DNA of 64,000 nt from an uncultured delta proteobacterium (GCA_963729715.1 CAVSPA010000004.1:224001-288000); one strand, 5' to 3'. Counted from the first letter of the stretch, positions 19,944 through 30,953 are shown. Translations and numbers: made by a program. Notes: a model not told the origin generated them from the sequence alone.

Positions 19944-22260
19944 GGTTTTTCTTCTTGCTGCGGTTAAATTCCCGTATAACGGGATCGGGATAATCAATCC
20001 TTTGGTGGAAGATGCCGTTTAAAATCCGTGTGAAGTTTTCTGCAATTTTATTCAGATCGTGAAGGGTAATTTCACATTCGTCGAGCTGACCATCCATAAA
20101 CACTTTTTCGATTCTTTCACGCACGAGGTTCCTGATTCTTGCCGGTGTGGGAGAGGACAATGCCCTTGATGAGGCTTCTACAACATCCGCGAGGAGCACT
20201 AATCCGGCCTCCTTGCTCTGAGGCTTGGGTCCGGCATAGCGAAAATCGCTTTCGGGCAGAGATCTGATAGATGCATCCTTGTCCCGCTTAGCCTTCTCAT
20301 AAAAGTACGAAACGAGGCTCGTGCCGTGATGTTCTCTGATGATGTTCGTAATTTGCGTTCCGAGTTTAGCTTTGCAGGCAAGTTCACAGCCGTCTTTAAC
20401 ATGGGAAGTAATAATAAGGCTGCTCATTTTCGGAGATAGCCTGTCATGTCTATTCTCTCCGTTACGCTGGTTTTCTATAAAATACTGTGGCTTCTTAGTC
20501 TTCCCAATGTCGTGATAGTAAGCGCTGACCCTGGCCAGAAGTGGATTTGCCCTTATGGTCTCGGCCGCAGCTTCCGCCAGCGAAGCCACTATAATGCTAT
20601 GGTGATATGTTCCCGGCACTTCCATGATCATTCTCTGGAAAATGGGCTGATTGAGGTTGGCAAGCTCCAATAGTTTTATGTCCGTTGAATAATCAAAGAA
20701 AGTCTCAAAGAGAGGTGTGATTCCTGCCACGATGATTCCGGAAACAATGCCGCCCATAAAGCCCATAGCGAGCATTATAAGGGTATTGGCCGAGACAATA
20801 GTGCTTAACGGAGATAAGAGGCACAGCGAAAAAATAACAGCGGAATTTAGCAGCCCCAATAAAAGACCAACTTTTAAAAATGCCGATCGCTTTTTGCAAC
20901 ATTCCGTTTGATAGGATGCCGCTGCACTTCCGAGGAAAGAAAAAAGCATTATAGTAATTTTGCCATTGAAGAGAAACGCAGCCAGACAGGACGAAAAAAT
21001 AGAGAAGATCAGCGCTACGTTCCGGTTGATGAGAACTCCTATCAGCATGGCACCCGCGGCAAATGGGATCGCATAAAAGCAGGCCTCTGCGGAGAAAAGC
21101 GGCAAGGCCCTGTTGATGGCTTCAGATATGAAAATGCCCGCCTTTATTAGGACTATTTGGAGGACCAACATGAAGCTCAAGAAAATGGTATCAGAAATCT
21201 TCGCCTCGGGAGCAGTCCATCTTTTCGTGAGATGAAATAGTACAATCGCGAGTGATAGAATCAAGAAGAAGATGCCGAAAAGGATGGAAAGGTTGGGAAA
21301 ATACTTTTCACCTTTGAAGGTTACAAAGACTTCCAGTTTGTCCTGGTCGAGAGCAGTTATCTTCTGCCCTTCGCGAATCATGATTTCATCCTTCAGAACC
21401 TGGAAAAACACGGGCTTAAGCTCATCGAGATGATTTTGTTTTCTTCTTTCTGATGCATTCCTGTTTAAAATCAAATTTGGCTGGAGCAGCTTCCGGGTTA
21501 GAGAAACGACGCAGCGCCCTAAATCCTCTCTGCCCTGTCCAATGACGTTATTTGCCTTCCCCATTGATGGTATGTCTATGGTACTAATGTTACGGATAGA
21601 TTTGAGATTTTGTTCAGATCTTTCTTTTTGACTCTTGATATCCCTGATGACTATCCCATTGTCCATATCCTGTTTAGTAAACACCTGGTTGGTTAGTGAT
21701 CGGGAACTGTAGGTTCTTGTGATAACCCTGGAAATTGCCTCCGCTATATAAGGGGCAAATCGATATTTTTGAAAGGTATTAAATTCATCGTAGGTGAGAG
21801 ACACTCCTAATGAATTCTCAAGGGTGCTCCTTGTTTGCCTGGAAATGGCCTGGGCATCAGCCAAGACGTTGTCGCTCAAGGCATGCTCTTGTTCTGCAGC
21901 CATAAATGCTTTGGCGACGGTTGCCTTTAACTGGCGAGGGATATCGCCGTCATAATCATAGACGGAGGGGATTTGCCTCATGGCTTCCATTTTTTTCTGT
22001 TCGGAAGATGCCTTATCTTCAACGAGAAAATCGCGGTCCGCTCGGACATCTCTGAGGGCTATGGATCCGGCTTTATACTCGGGATATGAAAAGCGAAGTT
22101 GCGGGGTCAGCAGAAGGGAAAGAATCGCGCTTAACAATATGACGGAAGCCCACCTTTGGAATGCTATTTTTTTTACAAAGTCCGGTATTAGCTTTCTTTG
22201 TGTAGCTTGCTTCTTGATGACTTGCGCAATAGCGGATAGCTTGAGATATTCTGGTATCAT
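19900..22260 (-). CDS. 7TM-HD (HDIG) phosphohydrolase, PgpH-like cyclic di-AMP phosphodiesterase
   Basis: Extracytoplasmic domain, ~7 TM helices, PGTYHHS, YYHDIGK, HHGTS, FRYAGPKP, LADVVEA. Confidence 0.88.
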   Translation of the reverse strand: MIPEYLKLSAIAQVIKKQATQRKLIPDFVKKIAFQRWASVILLSAILSLLLTPQLRFSYPEYKAGSIALRDVRADRDFLVEDKASSEQKKMEAMRQIPSVYDYDGDIPRQLKATVAKAFMAAEQEHALSDNVLADAQAISRQTRSTLENSLGVSLTYDEFNTFQKYRFAPYIAEAISRVITRTYSSRSLTNQVFTKQDMDNGIVIRDIKSQKERSEQNLKSIRNISTIDIPSMGKANNVIGQGREDLGRCVVSLTRKLLQPNLILNRNASERRKQNHLDELKPVFFQVLKDEIMIREGQKITALDQDKLEVFVTFKGEKYFPNLSILFGIFFLILSLAIVLFHLTKRWTAPEAKISDTIFLSFMLVLQIVLIKAGIFISEAINRALPLFSAEACFYAIPFAAGAMLIGVLINRNVALIFSIFSSCLAAFLFNGKITIMLFSFLGSAAASYQTECCKKRSAFLKVGLLLGLLNSAVIFSLCLLSPLSTIVSANTLIMLAMGFMGGIVSGIIVAGITPLFETFFDYSTDIKLLELANLNQPIFQRMIMEVPGTYHHSIIVASLAEAAAETIRANPLLARVSAYYHDIGKTKKPQYFIENQRNGENRHDRLSPKMSSLIITSHVKDGCELACKAKLGTQITNIIREHHGTSLVSYFYEKAKRDKDASIRSLPESDFRYAGPKPQSKEAGLVLLADVVEASSRALSSPTPARIRNLVRERIEKVFMDGQLDECEITLHDLNKIAENFTRILNGIFHQRIDYPDPVIREFNRSKKKNHASHNRKQAEANKH

Positions 22261-23261
22261 GAAGATAATTGTTGTCTGTTCTTTTTCCTTCCGCGATCCA
22301 AATGGTTGTACGCCCGTATCACGTCCTGCACGAGGGGATGTCTGACCACATCAATCTCGGAAAAATTAACAAACTTGATATCCCTTACTTTCTTAAGAAT
22401 TGTCTCCGCCTCTACGAGACCGGATATCTTGTCATGCGGGAGATCTATCTGGGTTATATCACCTGTAATGACAGCTTTCGATCCGAATCCCAGCCTGGTT
22501 AAGAACATCTTCATCTGTTCAGAGGTGGTGTTTTGCGCTTCATCGAGAATGACAAAAGAGTCATTCAATGTCCTCCCCCGCATGAACGCGAGAGGGGCGA
22601 CTTCGATCACCCCCTTATGAATGAGGGCAGACGCCTTGTCAAAATCAATCATGTCAAAAAGAGCATCATAAAGCGGCCTGAGATAGGGGTTAACCTTTTC
22701 TGCAAGATCGCCGGGCAGAAAACCGAGTCTTTCGCCTGCTTCAACGGCAGGCCTAGCCAGAACAATCCTGTTAACTTTCTTATCAAGAAGCGCAGAGACA
22801 GCCATGGCCATAGCGAGGTATGTTTTGCCTGTTCCCGCTGGACCGATTGCAAAGACAATATCGTAGCTTCTGATCAGATCAATGTATATTTTCTGGGCGA
22901 TGCTTTTAGGAGTAATTGCGCGTTTTTTTGAAGAGATGAAGACTGTATCAAGGAATATTTTTTCGAGATTTGTTGAGTGGTTACTGGAAAGAATCCTGTG
23001 TGCGTAGTCGATATCTGCGGGATATATGGGGTATCCTTTTTCCAACAACGCATGGAGTTGAAGAACAAGATTATGAACAAGGTCCACAGCGACTTGTTCT
23101 CCGGCAATAGATAAGATGTTGCCGCGCACGCCTATCTTTACAGGCTCAAATTTTTCAATGAGCTTTATGTTCCTGTCGTGTTCACCGAGGAGACTTTTCA
23201 GGAGGTCATTGTCTGTAAAAGTGATCTTCTTAACCCAACTGAAGTCCGTCGCTTGCTTCAA
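22257..23261 (-). CDS. phoH: PhoH-like ATPase (YbeZ)
   Basis: GPAGTGKT, RPAVEAGERLGFLPG, AFMRGRT, DEAQN. Confidence 0.95.
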   Translation of the reverse strand: MKQATDFSWVKKITFTDNDLLKSLLGEHDRNIKLIEKFEPVKIGVRGNILSIAGEQVAVDLVHNLVLQLHALLEKGYPIYPADIDYAHRILSSNHSTNLEKIFLDTVFISSKKRAITPKSIAQKIYIDLIRSYDIVFAIGPAGTGKTYLAMAMAVSALLDKKVNRIVLARPAVEAGERLGFLPGDLAEKVNPYLRPLYDALFDMIDFDKASALIHKGVIEVAPLAFMRGRTLNDSFVILDEAQNTTSEQMKMFLTRLGFGSKAVITGDITQIDLPHDKISGLVEAETILKKVRDIKFVNFSEIDVVRHPLVQDVIRAYNHLDRGRKKNRQQLSS

Positions 23262-23384
23262 TGAAATAGGTTACCTCATGAAAAATTGCTTAATGATGTT
23301 GAATACTTTTTCCCCAATGTGCATAGAACGCTGCTTATACTATCATGCGATGTTTCCCATTGCAATCAGTTTTGCTCGCGACAT

Positions 23385-24629
23385 TTATTGCTCTTGCAGA
23401 AACAGGTTAGCGTATACTTTGGCATTTCCCACCATGTTTGAAATGAGGCAGTTTTCGTTTGGTTGATGAGCTGTGTGCTGCATCCTCGACCAAACTGCGG
23501 CAGGGTAGTTGTGCTCACGAAATATTGCAGCGATAGTTCCTCCACCTATCCCTTGAGGTGTCGCTTCGACATTATAAACGCCTCTGATGGCTTTCTTAAG
23601 GGCTTTGACAACGGCGGCATCATGCGGTGTTGGAGGAGGCGCCTGAGCTTCCTGAACGGTCGTGATCTCTATTGACACATCAAATCTTTTTTCGATCTCG
23701 TCGGCAATTCGCTTTACTTCGCGAAGTACGTGGGAAAGACTATATTGAGGCAGAACCCTGCTGTCCATATAAAAGACATCGTCTCCGGGAATAGTGTTGA
23801 TGTTGGGGATATTGGGTTCTTTCTTTGTCGGTTGAAAGGTGCTTGTCTGAGGGTCGTAAAAATGATCAGAAGCGGCGAAAATTTGATGAAGGCTGTCGAG
23901 CAGGACTACGAAATGAGATGCCGCGTAGAAAGCGTTTTTCCCCAGGCCGGGCCTGCTCGCATGACACTGTTTGCCAATCGTTTTGAAGCGCAGCCACAAA
24001 ATACTTTTCTCCGCTGTCTCAATCATCGTTCCATCTTCGTTTCCGGAATCAGGAATCACGATGATATCCGCTTTGCGAAAAGGATTCTCATTACTCTGCA
24101 TGATGTATGATAAACCGAAACGGCTTGCTGTTTCTTCATCAGCAACGAATGCCAAGCCTATCGAACATTCCGGTTTAATGCCCTCATCGAGCAAGGCCCT
24201 GACTGCGAATATGGAGGATACGAGATCCTGCTGATTATCTTCCGTGCCCCTCCCATAGACTCTACCGTCCTTTACATAGCATCTGAAAGGGTCTTCATCC
24301 CAGAGTTCCAGCTCGCCGGGTGGAACCACATCCATATGTGTCATAATCCAGACGGTTTTCGAGGGATTATTACCGGGCATGGTTACGACGAGATTGGGAC
24401 GGATACCCGAGGACGTCCTACTATCCGGTGCGTTTATTTGTGGAACATTGGGAAGATTCATGGCAGTGAGATATTTGAGAATGAATTGGGCTTTATTAAA
24501 TTCGCCATCACCGCCATTGTCGGGAGACAGGGCGGGGATGGCAGTCAGATCAACCTGCAATTTGATCATGGCATCCTTGTAGGAGTCGATCCGTCTGCTG
24601 ATTCTTTCGAAAGACGTTATATTGTTCAC
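23385..24629 (-). CDS. M20 family metallo-hydrolase (DapE/ArgE-like)
   Basis: HMDVVP, GRGTEDN, DEE, HASRP, AHQPNE. Confidence 0.88.
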   Translation of the reverse strand: MNNITSFERISRRIDSYKDAMIKLQVDLTAIPALSPDNGGDGEFNKAQFILKYLTAMNLPNVPQINAPDSRTSSGIRPNLVVTMPGNNPSKTVWIMTHMDVVPPGELELWDEDPFRCYVKDGRVYGRGTEDNQQDLVSSIFAVRALLDEGIKPECSIGLAFVADEETASRFGLSYIMQSNENPFRKADIIVIPDSGNEDGTMIETAEKSILWLRFKTIGKQCHASRPGLGKNAFYAASHFVVLLDSLHQIFAASDHFYDPQTSTFQPTKKEPNIPNINTIPGDDVFYMDSRVLPQYSLSHVLREVKRIADEIEKRFDVSIEITTVQEAQAPPPTPHDAAVVKALKKAIRGVYNVEATPQGIGGGTIAAIFREHNYPAAVWSRMQHTAHQPNENCLISNMVGNAKVYANLFLQEQ

Positions 24630-26062
24630 CGCTGATCCCCAATCCGGGAAACATTTCCGAAGCTGGCAATGACCTGATTGTAGGCTTCTTCATTCCCTAA
24701 AATGAAGGTAACAGTTTCATCAGGAAATAAATATTTCAGAGCCACTCTTTTCAGCTCTTCTGGCCGAACCCTGCCTATCTTTTCTCTGTAGGTTGCGAGA
24801 TAATCGTGAGGCAGTTTGTCGTATTCGATCATCAATTGCTGGTGAGAGATTTGATCTGCAGACTGAAATGAGAAAATAAAGTTATTGCTGATGGACTTTG
24901 TAGCCCATTCGAGTTCTTTCTTATCTACGGACCTTATCCTTGGATCTTCCATGATTGACCGCAGGAGTGAAAGCACTTTTGCTGTCGAATTGGATTCTGT
25001 CATTGCATAGGCCCCGAATATCCCATATTCACTCCTCTTCGTGTAAAAACTTCCCGTGCTGTATGCGAGCCCCCGGCTATTTCTTATTTCCCGAAAAATC
25101 CGAGACTTGAAACCGCCGCTGCCAAGTATAAAATCGAGGACCTCAAAGGGGTATGCGTCTGGCTCCTTCCTGCCGGGAGCAAAATTGGCGCAGATGACTA
25201 TGGACTGAGGAGTGTTCTTGGGCAGAAAAAAAATATGACCTTTTTGTTTAACGGGTATGGGGGGAATAACATAATTGTTTCTGGATACATTCCACGAGCC
25301 GAGATACTGCTTGATTTTCGCAATGGCCTCTTCCTTCGATATATCTCCGGTGACGGATATGAAAATGTTCTCCGGGAAAAAGAATCTTCTGTGAAACTCT
25401 ATCAGGTCGTCTCTCTTGATGTTGTTGATGGATGATGTTGATGGAAATCTCCCTGCGGGATTATTCTCAAAAAAAACGTGCGTGAATTCCCTGAAAGCCA
25501 GTTTCTTGGGATCATCAGCTACTCTCCTGAGCTCCTCGATCTTTAAGTTTCTTGCCAGTTTCAGCTTGCCTTCTTCAAAGGCGGGCTCTGTGATTATCTG
25601 AGAAAAGATATTCAGCCCTTTGTCCAAATCCTTCTTAAGAATGGAAAGGCTGATCGAGCCGGAATCGCGGTTCATCGAGATATGAAGTGAACCGGCAAAG
25701 AAATCTAAGGCCTCGTCAACCGCGTTGCCGGAGAGGGTTTCTGTTCCCCCTGTCCTCAGAACCGCGCCTGCAATTTCCGCGAGACCCTCTTTTCCTATAG
25801 GGTCATAATTGGAGCCGGTCCTGATGACCGCGGATATATTTAGGAGAGGCAGTTCACTGTCCGCAAATACGTAAAGGATGATGCCGTTATCTAAAAGGAC
25901 CCTATCCGCCCGCGGTAGTGTGAAATGGATTGGATGATATTTAAGCTCATCAGGTTTTGGTAGGGGGACCTGGGCGCGTTCCGCTGCATGGGCGGTTGAG
26001 CCGAACGCCAGGCACAGCAGCAGAAAAGAGATTAATATGATACGTGAAATCAGATTATTCAT
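24626..26062 (-). CDS. M16 family peptidase, probably non-catalytic subunit
   Basis: Signal peptide; M16 fold (SRIFREIRNSRGLAYS); lacks HXXEH. Confidence 0.85.
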   Translation of the reverse strand: MNNLISRIILISFLLLCLAFGSTAHAAERAQVPLPKPDELKYHPIHFTLPRADRVLLDNGIILYVFADSELPLLNISAVIRTGSNYDPIGKEGLAEIAGAVLRTGGTETLSGNAVDEALDFFAGSLHISMNRDSGSISLSILKKDLDKGLNIFSQIITEPAFEEGKLKLARNLKIEELRRVADDPKKLAFREFTHVFFENNPAGRFPSTSSINNIKRDDLIEFHRRFFFPENIFISVTGDISKEEAIAKIKQYLGSWNVSRNNYVIPPIPVKQKGHIFFLPKNTPQSIVICANFAPGRKEPDAYPFEVLDFILGSGGFKSRIFREIRNSRGLAYSTGSFYTKRSEYGIFGAYAMTESNSTAKVLSLLRSIMEDPRIRSVDKKELEWATKSISNNFIFSFQSADQISHQQLMIEYDKLPHDYLATYREKIGRVRPEELKRVALKYLFPDETVTFILGNEEAYNQVIASFGNVSRIGDQR

Positions 26063-26066
26063 ACAT

Positions 26067-27575
26067 CTAACTCTTAGAGATGAGCTGAACTACTGTCCTG
26101 TTATCAGGAGCGAGATATTTTCTTGCTACACGCATGATGTCCTCGGATGTCACCTGTTCGATCACTTTGATATGATCGGTTATATATTGGTAACTGCCGG
26201 TTATTGCCTCAAAATAGGAGAGCAGATTTGCCAGTCCAAGGTTCGAATTCAGGCTTCTTATAAAATCAGCATTGATCTGATTCTTAACCTTTTGTAATTC
26301 TCTTTCGGCAACAGGTTCCCTCTTTAGTTTTTCGATTTCTTCATAGATAGCTTGCTCGATGACGGCGTTGGTATGCGGATGACGAGGCTTCGCAAATATT
26401 ACGAAGAGGTTATCATATTTCGCCCCGGGCAGGCCGTTGACTGCCTGAACGCTTTCGGCGAGGGCCTTTTCCTCGACAAGCACTCTATGAAATCTCGATG
26501 TCCTTCCTTTGGAAAGAATACATTCTATTACATCGAACACATAGTCATCGAAGTCCGGCAGGGCCGGTTTGTGATAGCCTATGACCATCTGGGGATTTGC
26601 ATCCGAGACGATGTCTGCCCGCCGTTCGCCCTTTTGGGTAGGTTCTTGTGTAATAGGCGAGAGGTCTATATGACGGCTCGGTATGGCGCCAAAATATTTC
26701 TTGATGATCGCAAGTGTATTTACGGGGTCAATATCGCCCACAATCGCAATTACCGTATTATTCGGAGTGTGGTATCTCTTGAAAAATACTTCCGTGTACT
26801 CGAGACTCAAAAAACGCATATCCGAAGGCCAGCCGAGAACAGGTCGTCTGTATGGATGGGCAATGAATGCTGTGGCCATGAACTGCTCGTATAACTGGCC
26901 GTCCGGTTCCGATTCAATCCTCTGTTTGCGTTCTTCCATGACAACATTGCGTTCAGAATAGAATTCACGGAATACGGGCGCGGTCATTCGGTCTGCCTCG
27001 ATCCTTGCCCAGAGTTCGATTTTATTGGAAGGAAGGCTGACATGATACGTTGTAAGATCATGCCCGGTGGATGCATTTATGTTATCTCCGCCATTTTCCA
27101 CGTAGAGTCTGTCAATTTCATTTTCGAGAAACAATTTCTTGTGGTTCTTTTGCAAAACATCCATCCGTTGGGATAATGTTTGGATGCGGCTATTATTCGC
27201 GTTCTTCCCTTTCATCTTCTCAAGATCAAGTTGTTTGCCCGTTTCTGCAATCAACTTGAGACATTTTTCTTCTTCGTGATAGTTTTTTGTGCCGATCGTT
27301 TTTGTCCCTTTGAACAGCATGTGTTCCAAGAGGTGAGCAGTACCGGTTCTGCCATCAATTTCATCGACGGCGCCGACCCGGTGCCTGATATAGAAAGAAA
27401 CTGTCGGACTCAAATGTCTCTCCACCATGAGAATCTTCAAGCCATTCTTCAGGGTATATGACAAGATCCTGTTTCCCATTTCATAGGAAAATCCGGCGGA
27501 GGGCATGCTGATCATGAAAAGGACAGATGCAAAGATGCACATCAATATCCGTATGGATCTATATATCATTTTCAT
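26067..27575 (-). CDS. M16 family zinc peptidase, catalytic subunit
   Basis: GTAHLLEHMLFKGT, NAST, ERNVVMEER. Confidence 0.92.
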   Translation of the reverse strand: MKMIYRSIRILMCIFASVLFMISMPSAGFSYEMGNRILSYTLKNGLKILMVERHLSPTVSFYIRHRVGAVDEIDGRTGTAHLLEHMLFKGTKTIGTKNYHEEEKCLKLIAETGKQLDLEKMKGKNANNSRIQTLSQRMDVLQKNHKKLFLENEIDRLYVENGGDNINASTGHDLTTYHVSLPSNKIELWARIEADRMTAPVFREFYSERNVVMEERKQRIESEPDGQLYEQFMATAFIAHPYRRPVLGWPSDMRFLSLEYTEVFFKRYHTPNNTVIAIVGDIDPVNTLAIIKKYFGAIPSRHIDLSPITQEPTQKGERRADIVSDANPQMVIGYHKPALPDFDDYVFDVIECILSKGRTSRFHRVLVEEKALAESVQAVNGLPGAKYDNLFVIFAKPRHPHTNAVIEQAIYEEIEKLKREPVAERELQKVKNQINADFIRSLNSNLGLANLLSYFEAITGSYQYITDHIKVIEQVTSEDIMRVARKYLAPDNRTVVQLISKS

Positions 27576-27798
27576 CCATCTTGTTTGGCTTCAGTATGGC
27601 TCGTCTGTGAAAAATGGGGTAGATGATTCCCACCATACTGATCAGAATGATCAGGCTTGACGAAAAAAAATACATGATGAACTCAAGAGGATTCTTCGTG
27701 CTGTATGCGGTTATAAGGGCATCGACGCCGAAAGCCAGGAATAATAACGATAAGAATGCTATCAGGACATTCTTCACCCACTGCGCCCGTGAGCCCAT
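27559..27798 (-). CDS. Small two-TM membrane protein, hypothetical
   Basis: 79 aa with two hydrophobic segments; overlaps the start of the M16 gene as in an operon. Confidence 0.6.
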   Translation of the reverse strand: MGSRAQWVKNVLIAFLSLLFLAFGVDALITAYSTKNPLEFIMYFFSSSLIILISMVGIIYPIFHRRAILKPNKMDENDI

Positions 27799-27858
27799 AT
27801 CAACATTTCCCCCATTGAAAGAGACATGAAATATCTTGTCCTGTATTATATTCTGTCC

Positions 27859-28464
27859 TCATTTACCAAAAACAATCTTAAAGGTACCTTTGTCCGTCTG
27901 CACAACTGTTTCATTACTTCCATCCGGATAGGTCAGAGTGCCCGTTCCCTCGAGCTTGTTGTTCTTGAATCGGCCTTCTATCCTTCTTCCATCCGGAAGA
28001 ATCACAGCGCCTTGGCCGTTCAATAAATTGTCTTGAAATTGACCCGTATACTTAGTGCCATTGGCATCGAGCAATAGCCCGGTTCCGCTCCGCTTATCAT
28101 CCTTGAATTGTCCCTCGTATTTGGAGCCGTCGGTATAGAAATAGATCCCGGTTCCATCACGCTTACCGTTCTTAAATTCGCCTTCATACTTTTCACCGTT
28201 GGGAACTGTGTAAACACCGCGTCCATCAAAATTGCTGTCTTTAAATTGGCCGACGTACTTTGTACCATCGGGATAGGTGTAAGTTCCCTGACCCTCGCGT
28301 TTACCGTCCCTATGCTGACCCTCATAGACCGAGCCATCGATATGTTCATAGGTGCCTTCGCCATTCTTACAATTTCCCTTAATACAACCTGCATAAAGGC
28401 TGGTATGCATCAGCACCAAGATATAAATTATCAAGAATAAACAGATTCTCATTTTTGTCCCCAC
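27859..28464 (-). CDS. Secreted MORN-repeat protein
   Basis: Signal peptide, CIKGNCKNGEG, ~7 repeats of YEGQFKDGKRxGxGxYxxxDG. Confidence 0.9.
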   Translation of the reverse strand: MGTKMRICLFLIIYILVLMHTSLYAGCIKGNCKNGEGTYEHIDGSVYEGQHRDGKREGQGTYTYPDGTKYVGQFKDSNFDGRGVYTVPNGEKYEGEFKNGKRDGTGIYFYTDGSKYEGQFKDDKRSGTGLLLDANGTKYTGQFQDNLLNGQGAVILPDGRRIEGRFKNNKLEGTGTLTYPDGSNETVVQTDKGTFKIVFGK

Positions 28465-28517
28465 TTTAAAAGTGAGCTATGACTAACATGATTTTAAACG
28501 CGAAACAATGTCAAATA

Positions 28518-29876
28518 TCAGTGCCCTCTCGTCATCGTCTTTAAATCGTTATACATCTCAGGTGTTAATTTCTCACTGCTGCAGGGAAACAACGAGTTGT
28601 TATGAAAGAGAGGTTCTCCTTTGAGGTCAAAACGTGATCCGCGTACTGCCGCATCCCAGAGCGCCGTACCAGGGATGGGTGAATATTCAGCAATGATCGG
28701 TCTTGCCCCATGCAATTGCACATAGCGTATGCTGTCCCGCAGTTCTGCGGCCTCCTGGCCTGGCAAGCCGCAGAGGAGGTAGATGCCGATATCCTCGGAC
28801 TTATAGCCCGCTTCCCTGAGGTAGCGGACGGCGGCTTGCAGTTGGTCGTTGTTTACTTTAGCCCCCGTAGTCAACTGCGTCCTTGGATTGGATGATTCAA
28901 AGCCGAAACGTATAGTGGCAAAACCCGCCCTATGCATTAGCCTGCTTAACTCAGGCGTGATTTGAGATATGTGGAGGCCGTTCGGACAGTGAAATTGGCA
29001 AGTCAACTCTCGTTTGATTATTTCTTTAAGCATGGGAATGGCCATTTCGTGAGGGTTCAAAAGAAGTGCATCATCGTAAAGGGAAAACTGACTGACGCCG
29101 AAATGCATGTGCCAGAATTGGATCTCATCAACTACCTTTGCAGGGTGCCTCTGTCTGAAATTATCGGTCAATAGGCGCGAGGCGCAATAGGTGCAGTTAT
29201 AAGGACAGCCCCGCGAAGTGAGGATGGGAAACTGATCCTTGAGCGGCAGAAGATCCAAAGTAGGGTAGGGCAGAGAATCCAAATCACCCGGATCCGGCAA
29301 GTAAGATGGCTCGTCACCAAAAAAATCATGCAATAGGGCAGGGAGTTGCTTTTCACCTGCACCCGCTATAGTTTTGTCGGCCCCTGATTTCAATGCATGC
29401 TCAGGGCATAGTGTTGCATATATTCCACCTAAAACAATCGGGACACTCGGAAACGCATGTTTCGTAATCTTTATAACCTCAAAGACGCCAGGGTACCAGT
29501 ACGTCATCATGGAGGTGACAAGAATCAAATCGGGACTGCCGGATGACTTCATCTCGCTTGCCAGAATATCCGGCGTTATTCCGTATCTGTTATAATTCCG
29601 CTTAATTCCCTTCAAAGACTGGGGCTTGGGAATTCTCTCTTGGGGAAGTTTGCCGTGGCCTGTCACATGCCTCTTCGGCGACTTAATTCGGGCATGTCTT
29701 TTAAATTGAGGATGACGAGCATTCAAGCAATCGATAAAATGAACATTATAGCCATTCTTACGAAGGAGTCCCCCCATATAGAGAAGTCCGAGCGGTTTTA
29801 TCCATAAATCATAGGCAGCAAAATCGTATATCCATGGATTGATGAGAAGGATGTTCTTTTTGTTATGAGAAGTCAT
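28518..29876 (-). CDS. Cobalamin-binding-domain radical SAM protein
   Basis: INPWIYDFAAYDLWIKPLGL, LGGIYATL, TSRGCPYNCTYC. Confidence 0.88.
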   Translation of the reverse strand: MTSHNKKNILLINPWIYDFAAYDLWIKPLGLLYMGGLLRKNGYNVHFIDCLNARHPQFKRHARIKSPKRHVTGHGKLPQERIPKPQSLKGIKRNYNRYGITPDILASEMKSSGSPDLILVTSMMTYWYPGVFEVIKITKHAFPSVPIVLGGIYATLCPEHALKSGADKTIAGAGEKQLPALLHDFFGDEPSYLPDPGDLDSLPYPTLDLLPLKDQFPILTSRGCPYNCTYCASRLLTDNFRQRHPAKVVDEIQFWHMHFGVSQFSLYDDALLLNPHEMAIPMLKEIIKRELTCQFHCPNGLHISQITPELSRLMHRAGFATIRFGFESSNPRTQLTTGAKVNNDQLQAAVRYLREAGYKSEDIGIYLLCGLPGQEAAELRDSIRYVQLHGARPIIAEYSPIPGTALWDAAVRGSRFDLKGEPLFHNNSLFPCSSEKLTPEMYNDLKTMTRGH

Positions 29877-30011
29877 ATGTTTTTCACGATATATAATTTT
29901 TTCACATATAAGACAACATAATCTCATCGTTTGTCGGTGGATGCAGAGAAAAGACTTGAAGCATTAATTGAATATTGCTACCATGCCGGCACAACGGAGA
30001 AGTCAGAGGAT

Positions 30012-30461
30012 ATGAGGTGCGTTGTACAGAGGGTAGATAGGGCGAGGGTCATTGTTGACGGAGAGATAATATCGAGTATAGGAAAGGGAGCCCTTGTCTT
30101 TCTGGGTATAGAAAGGGGAGATAGTTATCGCGATGCGGATTTTCTCCTTGAAAAAATAATCCATTTGAGGATATTTGAAGATTTGCAGGGAAAGATGAAT
30201 CTATCTCTCATCGAGATATCCTGCGAGATTCTTATCGTATCTCAGTTTACACTACTAGCGGATTGCCGAAAGGGACGAAGGCCTTCTTTTATCTCTGCGG
30301 AGGAGCCGGCGGAGGCCAAAAGACTGTACGACTACTTCGTAAGCCGAGCCCGCGAAAAAATTGACCATGTAGGTACTGGCGAATTCCAGGCCATGATGAA
30401 GATAGAATCGGTAAATGATGGTCCTGTCACAATGCTCGTCGACAGCAGAAAGACATTTTGA
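30012..30461 (+). CDS. dtd: D-aminoacyl-tRNA deacylase
   Basis: MRCVVQRV, LRIFED, VSQFTL, NDGPVT. Confidence 0.96.
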   Translation: MRCVVQRVDRARVIVDGEIISSIGKGALVFLGIERGDSYRDADFLLEKIIHLRIFEDLQGKMNLSLIEISCEILIVSQFTLLADCRKGRRPSFISAEEPAEAKRLYDYFVSRAREKIDHVGTGEFQAMMKIESVNDGPVTMLVDSRKTF

Positions 30462-30482
30462 AAAAAGAGCTGAGCAAGAACT

Positions 30483-30953
30483 ATGGATAAGGATATCCCG
30501 CCCTGTGACATAAGAATAGACAAAGAAGGTGTCTGGTATTACAAGGGCAATGAAATTTTCAGGGATGAAATCGTAAGATTCTTTTACCAAAATCTGAAGA
30601 AGGATGAAACCGGCAGATATTTAATTGAGCTTGATGACGACCGGTGCTATCTGGAAGTGGAAGACGCGCCCTTTGTTGTAAGAGCAATATATAAACGTAC
30701 TGCTCAATCAGGTAATGAAGAATGCATTAACCTTCTCTTGTCGGATCAGAGCGTTGAGAGACTCAATTGCGATTCTCTGTGGGCGGCAAAGGATAATGTG
30801 CTTTATTGTTCAGTTAAGAAGAACGCTTTCGTTGCACGTTTTTCAAGGGCGAGTTATTATCAAATTGCAGAATTCATAGAATGTAGTGACGGCGAAGATG
30901 GGTACTTTATTTCGCTGAACGGCAGACATTTCTGCATAACAATTGCGGCATGA
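30483..30953 (+). CDS. DUF1285-like protein
   Basis: IRIDKEGVWYYKG, VEDAPFVV, ARFSRASYYQ. Confidence 0.75.
   Translation: MDKDIPPCDIRIDKEGVWYYKGNEIFRDEIVRFFYQNLKKDETGRYLIELDDDRCYLEVEDAPFVVRAIYKRTAQSGNEECINLLLSDQSVERLNCDSLWAAKDNVLYCSVKKNAFVARFSRASYYQIAEFIECSDGEDGYFISLNGRHFCITIAA

Noticed and set aside
27900..28380. Periodic DNA repeats
   Set aside because: Explained by 23-aa MORN protein repeats.
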